In this document: one piece after another, positions 1-8,365 of the stretch | How positions within the stretch are numbered: position 1 is the stretch's first letter | How the letters are laid out: each line of letters starts with the position of its first letter | NCBI GenBank assembly: GCA_965219995.1 | Contig: CBDCOX010000002.1 | Coordinates: 3,328,001 to 3,392,000, forward strand | Origin: Candidatus Latescibacterota bacterium | GTDB lineage: Bacteria; Latescibacterota; UBA2968; GCA-2709665 | Direction: 5' to 3' | DNA length: 64,000 nucleotides | The notes under the pieces: generated by a model | What the model was told of the DNA's origin: nothing | Databases searched by the model: none | What the model saw: only the letters and a program-made list of their open reading frames with translations | Program-made: the position numbers and the translations under genes

Positions 1-2
1 TG

Positions 3-200
3 GTTAAGGAAGCCGTGAGCGGTGAAGAAATTATCATTACTCAGCAAAATGGCTCTGCAGTTAGACTGGTACCCCTCGCGTCCGACAAACCTGTTCCAGA
101 ATTCGGTAGCGCCCGGGGACTCGTAGCGATGTCTGACGATTTCGACGAACCTCTTGACGATTTCAAGGATTTTTCTCCATTAAGCAGTTCCTCACCTTAA
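3..200 (+). CDS. Phd/YefM-family (DUF2281-like) antitoxin, 5' truncated by window edge
   Basis: Motifs GEEIIITQ..GSAVRLVP and FGSARGLVAMSDDFDEPLDDF; frame is open to the window start. Confidence 0.8.
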   Translation, partial: VKEAVSGEEIIITQQNGSAVRLVPLASDKPVPEFGSARGLVAMSDDFDEPLDDFKDFSPLSSSSP

Positions 201-387
201 GATCCTTCCCTCACACGTTTCACATCTCGCCTCTTCTTCCCAATCTCCCCGCCATTTGCTGACCACGTATTACCAGGAGCAGAAAATAGTCGACGTCTTT
301 AGCTCCTGCTAAGATGGTAGGGGACTTGCCCGAACCGGGACGTTGAACTTATCGAAGCGCCCATGCATATGCCGCCACCCGCGGTTT

Positions 388-411
388 CGTAGGGGCGACT
401 CTTGTGGTCGC
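388..411 (+). repeat. GTAG-type REP-like palindrome
   Basis: GTAGGGGCGACTCTTGTGGTCGCG; related REP-like hairpins at 11399-11422 and 63354-63377. Confidence 0.6.
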
Positions 412-537
412 GCGTCTGTCAGCACAAACATCGCTGCTTGACATCTCGTTGCCACATCGCTAGTCGATTTCGCCTGATTGCTGCTCGGGATCGCGAAACC
501 ACTCTGGTCACGAACGCTGTGCGGTTCCAGAGCACGT

Positions 538-929
538 CCAGAGCAGAGCGCGCTGATCCGTACAGCAACGCTGTTCGATGTGCCTCCGCGGGTCTCAGGG
601 CAGAGGATCCTGTGCATCCTGTGAGTGGATTCGCGCTGTGCCTGTGGCAGGCCCCGCGCCCAGCGGCGACTATTCTAAATGCGGTAAGAGGGTAGACGTG
701 AGACGGTAGAAGATAACGTTACCACCGTGTTTTCACGCTAACCGTGCCTGTTTCTCTACCGTTATCGTAACGACAAGAAATACCATGTGGCACTGATATC
801 ATCTCCCGTCTCCCGTCTTACGTCTCCCCGCCTTTAGGGAATTTGGGGAAAAGGGGATTTTGAAGTTGATCTTCGGCTTGATGGTTTTCGATTTTGGTTC
901 AAGCTGATTGCTGATGGCTGACCGCTGAC
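538..929 (+). repeat. Scaffold repeat family D, copy 1 (contains a heptamer-arm element)
   Basis: AGCAGAGCGCGCTGATCCG...GGCAGGCCCC(G/A)CGCCCAG(C/T)GGCGACT...GGGAATTTGGGG shared with 1643-1907 and 62983-63346. Confidence 0.85.
675..837 (+). mobile_element. MITE/REPIN-like element with inverted heptamer arms (core type 1)
   Basis: Left arm CTAAATGCGGTAAGAGGGTAGACGTGAGACGGTAG and right arm CTCCCGTCTCCCGTCTTACGTCTCCCCGCCTTTAG; reverse copy at 18381-18541. Confidence 0.7.
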
Positions 930-1248
930 AGATGTTTCTCGACGGCAAGGAATGTGGGGAGATGTGGACGTTGAGTTTGATTCTTGGTTTTGATTCTAAC
1001 TGACGGCTGACAACGGATCGCTGCTTTTCTCCCGCCGAATTCAGGCAGCTTGTTTCCGGGACTGAACACCAGGCGCTGATAGACGAGAATTGATAACGCC
1101 GGACCGTTCGCTAACCGGGTTCAGCTGACTGCTTACGGCTGATTGCTGACCGCTTTTACCGGATGGTCATTTATTCATGGAACAAATCTCCTCGGAAAAC
1201 GATCAAATCCATGAAACCAATATACAATCTCAAGAGGGGGTGGTCATC

Positions 1249-1323
1249 GTGCCACAGATCAAACGGCGAAGGCGCCGCCCGAGGCTCATATTCGTCAAGG
1301 GTCGAAGGCGACCAAAGGAATAA
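1249..1323 (+). CDS. Small Arg/Lys-rich peptide MPQIKRRRRRPRLIFVKGRRRPKE (24 aa; 48 aa if the in-frame ATG at 1177 is used)
   Basis: AAGAGGGGG SD-like run 8 nt before GTG; intrinsic terminator immediately after TAA. Confidence 0.5.
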   Translation: MPQIKRRRRRPRLIFVKGRRRPKE

Positions 1324-1334
1324 ATCAGCGCAAA

Positions 1335-1371
1335 AATCACCGGTCTCGTAGAGAGGCCGGTGATTCTTTTT
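1335..1371 (+). terminator. Rho-independent terminator
   Basis: Stem AATCACCGGTCTC / GAGGCCGGTGATT followed by CTTTTT. Confidence 0.8.
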
Positions 1372-1642
1372 ACTCGTTCAAGCCTCCACAGTCTAACCAA
1401 AAAAGCAGCGATCAGCCGTTAGCCGTCAGCCAAAACCGAAAACCAAACACCGCAACCCATACAAACCCAACATCGCAAAGCCCGTGCTGGGGGAAAGGCC
1501 TGCGCCGTTCTGGTCCTGGTGTGTCACGGAGTCGACGAGACGTGATGTCGGTTTTAGCTGAATGCCTTTCTCCAATAGCTGTTTGTCCCTCGCTCACAGA
1601 AAGCGAACGTATACACGTATGAACAGCCTTTCGAGAGGGCTT

Positions 1643-1907
1643 CCAAAGCAGAGCGCGCTGATCCGTCCAGCTACGCGGGTCGATGTGCCGGCGTGGGTGT
1701 GAGGGCTGCGAATTGTGTGCATGCTGTGAGGGTGTTCGCGCTGTGCATATGGCAGGCCCCGCGCCCAGCGGCGACTTTTGGTTCCTTTTGGTCGCTTCAA
1801 AAGGAACCCGCCGGAGGCAGGGAATTTGGGGAAAAGGGGATTTTGAAGTTGATCTTCGGCTTGATGGTTTTCGATTTTGGTTCAAGTTGATGGCTGACCG
1901 CTGACTG
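1643..1907 (+). repeat. Scaffold repeat family D, copy 2 (no heptamer-arm insert)
   Basis: Same flanks as 538-929; central hairpin GGTTCCTTTTG/CAAAAGGAACC at 1780-1808. Confidence 0.85.
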
Positions 1908-2000
1908 CTAATAGCTGTTCTTTCCCTTTGTGTCTTTGTGTCTCCGTGCGAGCTGATTTTCGGTTTCGGCGAAGATCCGGCGCCTGGTTCTGCTCCCCCT

Positions 2001-3194
2001 CTACCCTCGTGAGAGGGGCCGGGAGGTGAGGGTCTCCCCGCCTTTGGGTATTTTGAATACCAACCCCACGCCGATCAGCATCAGAACCGCGCTGACTTCG
2101 AATGCCCGCCGCAGGCCGTATGCGTCTCCCATCATGCCGAGCAACAACATCGCCAGTCCCCGAAGCGCGAATCCTCCGCCCATATAGAGCCCAGTCGCAA
2201 ACGCCCTGTTTTCCGGGCAGCTTTCCTGGACCATCGCCAACACCACCGGTCCGGTCGCAAGCGCGACAAATCCCATGACGACCAGAACGGGAAAGAGAAA
2301 CCAGCCCTGACTCTGGAGAAACAGAAACAGCAGGAGCGGACTCCCGATCATGGAAAAGGCGAGCACCTGTTTGCGCCCCCACCGATCGCTGACCCATCCG
2401 CCGGTCAGCGCGCCCGCGATGCCCGCGCCTTCCAGCACGGAAAGAGACGCGCCGGCCAGCCACAGGCTCGCCCCCTCTTCATTCAGAAAGGTCGGGAGAA
2501 ACGCGGTCAGCGAGGCCATCATAAACGCCCTGACGAACACGATTCCGGATAGCGGGACCATGACGGGCGCCATCCGCCGCAGCGCGGCTTGCCACGGCAG
2601 CGCTCGATAGAAGGAAAACGCACGGGCGGCGACGCGCCCCATCCGGAACAGGAGCACGATCGAGGCCAGGATCCCGGCCGGAATCAGATAGGTTGTCCCC
2701 GCGATCCCCCACAGACCGATGACGGTCACGATCAGGATGGGCCCCAGGGTGCGGCCGAGTTCGCCGCACAACATCCAGATGCCCATCCCGCGGCCCAGGT
2801 TCGGGCCGGAAAGCCTTCCGGCCACCGCCGGTCCGACCGCGTGAAAGGCGGCTGAGGCAAACCCGGTGACGAGCAACAAAGCGACCAGGGACCCATAGTT
2901 CGGCGCGACACCCAGCAGGCTCATGGCAATGCCCGTTATCGCGGGTCCCAGAATTACGAGGAACCGCAGATTCGAGCGGTCCGCCCGATGCCCGATGATC
3001 GGTTGGAACACGGACGGAGCCTGTCGCGCCAGCATCAACAGGCTGGCCTCGGTCTTCGACAGGGAAAGCGTTCGAATGAAGATGGGAAGCAGCGGCGCCA
3101 GGAATCCGCTGTACGTATCGTGCACGGCGTGCCCACCAGATAGTACGACCACGTCGGCGGTCTGAAATCGATCCTCCTGGCGCTTATCGGACAT
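2001..3194 (-). CDS. MFS transporter (Fsr/fosmidomycin-resistance-like)
   Basis: HAVHDTYSGFLAPLLP, QPIIGHRADR, GWVSDRWGRK MFS motif A; about 12 hydrophobic segments. Confidence 0.9.
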   Translation of the reverse strand: MSDKRQEDRFQTADVVVLSGGHAVHDTYSGFLAPLLPIFIRTLSLSKTEASLLMLARQAPSVFQPIIGHRADRSNLRFLVILGPAITGIAMSLLGVAPNYGSLVALLLVTGFASAAFHAVGPAVAGRLSGPNLGRGMGIWMLCGELGRTLGPILIVTVIGLWGIAGTTYLIPAGILASIVLLFRMGRVAARAFSFYRALPWQAALRRMAPVMVPLSGIVFVRAFMMASLTAFLPTFLNEEGASLWLAGASLSVLEGAGIAGALTGGWVSDRWGRKQVLAFSMIGSPLLLFLFLQSQGWFLFPVLVVMGFVALATGPVVLAMVQESCPENRAFATGLYMGGGFALRGLAMLLLGMMGDAYGLRRAFEVSAVLMLIGVGLVFKIPKGGETLTSRPLSRG

Positions 3195-3347
3195 AGGATG
3201 CTCACACGGAAAAAGCGGCCCGTTATGACCGCTTTTCCAGCCTCTTCAATTCATAAAGCGAAACTTACATGGATGGACCTGCCAGCTGAAGCAGGCGAGA
3301 CAGGCAGGTTAGACAGATTAACGTCCCCGAAAATTGAGGAATCATAG

Positions 3348-4721
3348 TCAGACGCGCACCCAGTACAGCTGGTTGTCGATGGTCTCGCCCTCGTCCGCAT
3401 ATCGGGATTCGCCCAGCGTGTAGATGAATGACGGACGGGCGCCCGGCGGGATCGGGTTGGCGCCGTTGGGGCGTTCCAGGGATGACATAACCTGACCTCG
3501 TTCAGGGTCCGATGCGAGCACCTCGCGCGGCGTGAATGTCTCCCCGTAATCGGACGACTCGAGCCAGACGATGCGTGAGAGTTCATCGTGCTCGCGCAGC
3601 CACAAGGTGGGCAGGCCATGGATGCCGGGGGCCCAGTTCGCGTCCGGATGTCCCAGGGCAACGAGCTGGGCGAGAATGCAAAGGACGTCATCGGACGTCA
3701 TGATCGGCTTGAAGGCGACCATCCCCCAGCCGGGCCAGTGTGACGCCACGGCCTCGTTTAACGGCAGTCCGCGCCACCCCCCGGCGCCGGGTGTCTTCAA
3801 ATAGGCACGACACGGCGTGGGTGTGTGGCGCACGTAGCCGACGTAGGGTCGGTCTTTCGAATCGACGGCCAGGCCGCAGTGGTCAATGCCGGGCTTGGGG
3901 TTGTTGCTCTCCCCCTCCTCCAGCAAGTCGAGCGTGTCGGACGTTGCCGGAAGCGGAATTGGGGTCCCGTCGGCTTTCTGCCAGGTACGGCCGAAGTCGG
4001 AGGAGCGCATGTAGCCCACCGCTTGATACAGACCGGATACGTCGCGTGAGTGCTCCCCCGCATTCGGCTTGCGACCCAGAAAAAAGGCCATGCTCATGTG
4101 CATTGTCTTCCGGCCCGGGCCCCAGGCCACGTCGTTGTTCATGCCGGTGTACCCCGTGAAACGCGGCTGCCGGGTCACGATCAGGCCGCAGCTTTGCCAC
4201 GGACCGCCGGAAGGTCTTTCCCACATCTCCATGCCCTTGTGGCTGCCGTCACGGACCATCAGGTGAAGCGTGTCGTCGGGACCGCACAGGAGCACGGGAT
4301 AGGTGTTTCGGCCAAAGGCCTCGACGGGGGTCCAGGCGGACGCATCGTGCGGCCGCAGCGAACGCTGGTACTGCAGCGGCGAGTTGTGTCCGCCCATGAC
4401 CATGTGCAGATATCCCCGGCTATCGACCGCAAGGGTGGGACGGGAGTGTTCGTCGACGCCCTCGGCCAGGAGCGCGCCGGCGGTCCACCTGCCCGATTCA
4501 TGATCGAGCGTGCGTACCCGGGCGAAGTACCTCTGATCGTACGAGTCTTGCCAGGCAATGTGGGTCCTGCCGCCACAGGTGACGATCTTGTTTCCCGGCC
4601 CCTGGCTCGCGCGTTCGCCGGCGATCACGGACAGCAAGGCGTCGCCGCGGTTGCGATCGGCAGCGGCGAACGGGTCGCCCACGTCGCAGGTCCTGATACG
4701 TTCAAACAATTCAGTCTCCAT
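3348..4721 (-). CDS. BNR-4 repeat/beta-propeller protein (sialidase- or lyase-like)
   Basis: HSRPTLAVDSRGYLHMVMGGHNS; Asp-box motifs SSDFGRTW and SSDYGETF; GGAGAG RBS. Confidence 0.75.
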   Translation of the reverse strand: METELFERIRTCDVGDPFAAADRNRGDALLSVIAGERASQGPGNKIVTCGGRTHIAWQDSYDQRYFARVRTLDHESGRWTAGALLAEGVDEHSRPTLAVDSRGYLHMVMGGHNSPLQYQRSLRPHDASAWTPVEAFGRNTYPVLLCGPDDTLHLMVRDGSHKGMEMWERPSGGPWQSCGLIVTRQPRFTGYTGMNNDVAWGPGRKTMHMSMAFFLGRKPNAGEHSRDVSGLYQAVGYMRSSDFGRTWQKADGTPIPLPATSDTLDLLEEGESNNPKPGIDHCGLAVDSKDRPYVGYVRHTPTPCRAYLKTPGAGGWRGLPLNEAVASHWPGWGMVAFKPIMTSDDVLCILAQLVALGHPDANWAPGIHGLPTLWLREHDELSRIVWLESSDYGETFTPREVLASDPERGQVMSSLERPNGANPIPPGARPSFIYTLGESRYADEGETIDNQLYWVRV

Positions 4722-4909
4722 TGCTCTCCTCCCTCGTCATTCATCGAGCGCCAGATGCCGTTTATGCGGCAAGCGCCCGGGATATCCCGGGCGCAACCAA
4801 AAAAACTGGGTAACTGAATGTAAGTCAATTCGCTATGGAAACTCAAGAACGAGAGGCTGTGGCTTTCAGCGCGCGACTTGCTGGCGAAGCCGCCAGGCGA
4901 CGATCCGTC

Positions 4910-5206
4910 CGCGCATATGGGCTGGCGATGCCTTCCGCTAAACGTCAACCCGAATAGACGGGAGATTCTTCGCTGCGCTCAGAATGACATGTTTTGCACT
5001 CGACATCTGCGAAGTGTGTCCGTCATGCCCTCGCCAAACATGTCATCCTGAGAAAGCCGCCCAGCCTGCCGGCCATTCACCGGCAGGCTGGCTGACGAAG
5101 GATCTACTGCGGCATCGCTTGATAACCGAGCGTCTTCTGTCATTCGCCGTGACCGGGCAGGCGGCACATCTGCTCCCCTCTCCGTGCAGGGAGGGGCTGG
5201 GGGAGT
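4910..5206. repeat. Composite REP-like cluster (CTCAGAATGACA / TGTCATCCTGAG family plus CCCCTCTCC hairpin)
   Basis: Segments shared with 11738-11826, 7664-7815 and 11555-11704. Confidence 0.8.
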
Positions 5207-5214
5207 GGTCGCTC

Positions 5215-7599
5215 TCATTCATACCTCAACGCGTCGACGGGATTCGCGCGGGCTGCTTTGAGCGTCTCATAGCTCACGGTCAGTAGCGCAATGCACAACG
5301 CTAACAAGCCCCCAAGGACAAACGTGGAGATGGCCGGATCAATCCGGTAGGCGAAATTCTCCAGCCATCTCGTCATCGCAAAGTAGGCGATCGGCCAGGC
5401 GACGAGATTGGCAGCACCGACAAGCAGGACATATTCTTTTGACAAGAGCAAGACAATACCGGAAACAGATGCCCCCACCGCCTTCCGGATACCGATCTCC
5501 TTGGTACGTCGTTGCACGCTTATGGACGCCAGGCCAAACAGACCAAGGGCGGCCACAACAATCGCCAGGACTGAGAAACTGCCGAATAGCATCCCCAGCC
5601 GAGTTTCCGTCCGGTACAGCCGGTCGAATGACGTATCCAGGAACGAGTATTCGAATGGCGTATTCGGTACGACTTCGCGCCATTGGGTTCTGAGAAAATC
5701 CAGCGTATCCCCGATATCCTCCGGCCGTATCCGGATGGAAATGTAGTCTCTTGTCCATCCCCCGCCCATCATGATCACAAGCGGTTCAATCTGATGATGG
5801 AGAGACTTGTAATGAAAGTCTTTCACAACCCCCACGATGTCTCCCTGGAGTCCCGCTTTCATTTCAGCACCTTCTCCATAGACATCCATTCCAAACCTTT
5901 TCTTCTCACAGGTAGTCCACCCCAGATTCCTCATCGCCGCTTGATTCAGTATAAAGGCTCCCTTGCGATCACTTGAAACGTCATCCGAAAATGCCCTTCC
6001 CTCCAATACTTCAATTCCAAACGTCTCGATGAACCCGTGATCCACGTACATCACATTCATCAGCACAGCATCATTGTAGATGCCCTCCGTGAAGGGGAAA
6101 AACAAATTTCCGGGCATCACTCCGCCTGGTACAGTCGAAGAGGCTGTTACATTCAGTACGGCGCTGTGTGCCGACACCCTGTTTCGGTAGCGTCGCTCCG
6201 GCGCGCCGCCGTCGTTCGGCATGACAACGATATGTTCCTTTCGAAATCCAAGGCGCCTGTTTCGAATAAACTCTGCCTGGTCATAGACCAGACCGGTTCC
6301 GATGACCAGAATGACCGATATTGCAAATTGGACGATAATGAGCGTCTTTCGAATGGCAGATTGTTTCGAACCGGCGTCCATCACCCCTTTGAATACCAGC
6401 ACCGGTTTAAGCGCAGAGAGAAAAAACGCGGGATAGCTTCCGGAGAACAAGCCAGAAAACAGCGCAATGCCGATCAGAGCCAACAGAGTGTTCCGGCTTT
6501 TCAGGTAATCAACGACCAGGTCGCGTTCGACAAAGGCTTCAAATGACGGAAGCACGATCTCCACCATTACACCGGCGATGACAATGGCGATGAAAGCCAG
6601 CAACGTCGATTCGCCCAAAAATTGACCGATCAACTCACCCCGGTACGCGCCGACCACTTTCCGCATCCCGATTTCCTTTGAGCGGTTCTCCGAGCGGGCG
6701 GTCGAAAGGTTCATGAAATTGATACACGCGAGCATTAATACAATAAACGCGATAACCAGAAAGAGATAGACATACCGGATATCCCCGTTGGGACTGATTT
6801 CGAAATCCAGGTGTGAATGAAGGTGAATATCGGTCAATGGCTGCAGAAAGAGCCTCAATTGTACACCTGCAGCTTCCATATCCGCTCCGAGGTGCCTGTG
6901 GATGAAACCCGGCAACTTCGATTCGACCTCCTGGGCAGCCTGCGCGGCCTGCAAGAGCAGATAGGTATGGAAGTCTATGCTAAGCCAGCCCTTGCTGATG
7001 TCTAGCGATGCGAGAAAGTCGAACTGTAAATGCGATCTGTTTTTTGAGTTCCTCAACACACCCGAAATCTTATGGGTGTTGCCGCCCAACGAAAGCGTCC
7101 GCCCCATCGGATCTTCGTCGCCGAAATATTTCCGAGCCATTGCTTCCGTCAGGACAATGGAATTCGGCTCCTGGAGTGCGGTTTGAGGATCACCTTTGCT
7201 CAGGGGAAAATCGAACACCTGGAAGACATTTGAATCGACGAACAGAACGCCTCTCTCGTAAAAGTGACGCTGCTGATTTGCAACAAGCGTCTTTTCATCT
7301 TTTCGGTGAAACCTGACCGCGTCTTCTACTGACGGGTATTCTTGAACGAGAGTTGAACCCATTGGGAATGATGTAACGGCGAACCGACCGGGCGCTCCTT
7401 CCGAATGAATCTCTGTGGCGAGCCGGAAAATCCGATCTGCATTCCTGTGGTGCCGGTCATAGCTCAGTTCATCTTGAACGTAAAGGAGAATGAGCAAGCA
7501 GCAGGCCATGCCGATTGCAAGGCCGAGGATGTTTATCGCCGAAAATACCTTGTTCCTCATCAGGTTGCGGACGGCGACTTTCAGGTAGTTTGCGACCAC
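5215..7599 (-). CDS. ABC transporter permease, duplicated FtsX/MacB-PCD type
   Basis: NYLKVAVRNL..FSAINILGLAIG, ACINFMNLSTARS..RSKEIGMRKVVGA, C-terminal ANPVDALRYE; AGGAGG RBS before GTG. Confidence 0.95.
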   Translation of the reverse strand: MVANYLKVAVRNLMRNKVFSAINILGLAIGMACCLLILLYVQDELSYDRHHRNADRIFRLATEIHSEGAPGRFAVTSFPMGSTLVQEYPSVEDAVRFHRKDEKTLVANQQRHFYERGVLFVDSNVFQVFDFPLSKGDPQTALQEPNSIVLTEAMARKYFGDEDPMGRTLSLGGNTHKISGVLRNSKNRSHLQFDFLASLDISKGWLSIDFHTYLLLQAAQAAQEVESKLPGFIHRHLGADMEAAGVQLRLFLQPLTDIHLHSHLDFEISPNGDIRYVYLFLVIAFIVLMLACINFMNLSTARSENRSKEIGMRKVVGAYRGELIGQFLGESTLLAFIAIVIAGVMVEIVLPSFEAFVERDLVVDYLKSRNTLLALIGIALFSGLFSGSYPAFFLSALKPVLVFKGVMDAGSKQSAIRKTLIIVQFAISVILVIGTGLVYDQAEFIRNRRLGFRKEHIVVMPNDGGAPERRYRNRVSAHSAVLNVTASSTVPGGVMPGNLFFPFTEGIYNDAVLMNVMYVDHGFIETFGIEVLEGRAFSDDVSSDRKGAFILNQAAMRNLGWTTCEKKRFGMDVYGEGAEMKAGLQGDIVGVVKDFHYKSLHHQIEPLVIMMGGGWTRDYISIRIRPEDIGDTLDFLRTQWREVVPNTPFEYSFLDTSFDRLYRTETRLGMLFGSFSVLAIVVAALGLFGLASISVQRRTKEIGIRKAVGASVSGIVLLLSKEYVLLVGAANLVAWPIAYFAMTRWLENFAYRIDPAISTFVLGGLLALCIALLTVSYETLKAARANPVDALRYE

Positions 7600-7669
7600 G
7601 TAGGGTCACCTCCTGCGTTTCATTGACGCGTCTCCGCTCAGAATGACAGGCCGGCCGATCGCCAAACAT

Positions 7670-8325
7670 GTCATCCTGAGGAAGCCCTGCCTGGCAGCGT
7701 TTCATCGGCAGGCAGGCAGACGAAGGATCTACTGCAGCATCGCTTGATCCCCGAGCGTCTTCTGTCATTCGCCGTGACGTGGAAGGCGGCACGTTTGCGC
7801 CGACACGGTCAGGCTGATGTGGCGCGCGTGTTGAAGGGAATCCGAGTTACGGGCATTTCGACAAGCCGTTTCGACAGGCTCAACGCAAGCAATGACCACG
7901 TTTTGGTAGGCGTTCTTGGACTTTGCTCAGAATGACATGCTTTGCAATGACCATTGGCGAGATGTTACGGTCACGCGTTTGCCAATCCGGTCATCCTGAG
8001 GAAGCCGCCCTGCCTGCGATTCATCGGCAGGCAGGCTGACGAAGGATCTACTGCGGCATCGGATGGCGCCCGAGCGTCTTCAGTCATTCGCCGTGACGCG
8101 GAATGCGGCACGTTTGCGCCGACACGGTCAGGCTGATGTGGCGCGAGTGTTGAAGGGATTCCGAGTTACGGGCATTTCGACAAGCCGTTTCGACAGGCTC
8201 AACGCAAGCAATGACCACGTTTTGGTAGGCGTTTTTGGACTTTGCTCAGAATGACATGCTTTGCAATGACCATTGGCGAGATGTTACGGTCACGCGTTTG
8301 CCAATCCGGTCATCCTGAGGAAGCC
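7670..8325. repeat. Tandem ~319-bp palindromic repeat (2 full units plus a partial)
   Basis: GTCATCCTGAGGAAGCC recurs at 7670, 7990 and 8309; near-identical spurious ORFs 7744-7935 and 8063-8254. Confidence 0.9.
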
Positions 8326-8365
8326 GCGAGGCTACTCCCCTCTCCGTTCAGGGGAGGGGTCGCCA

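Noticed and set aside
1163-1351. 62-aa ORF from the track
   Set aside because: No RBS and it runs into the terminator stem; the 1249-1323 frame fits the signals better
1485-1907. Group II intron or known riboswitch in scaffold repeat D
   Set aside because: No domain V or recognisable aptamer consensus by eye; an Rfam scan is needed to exclude it
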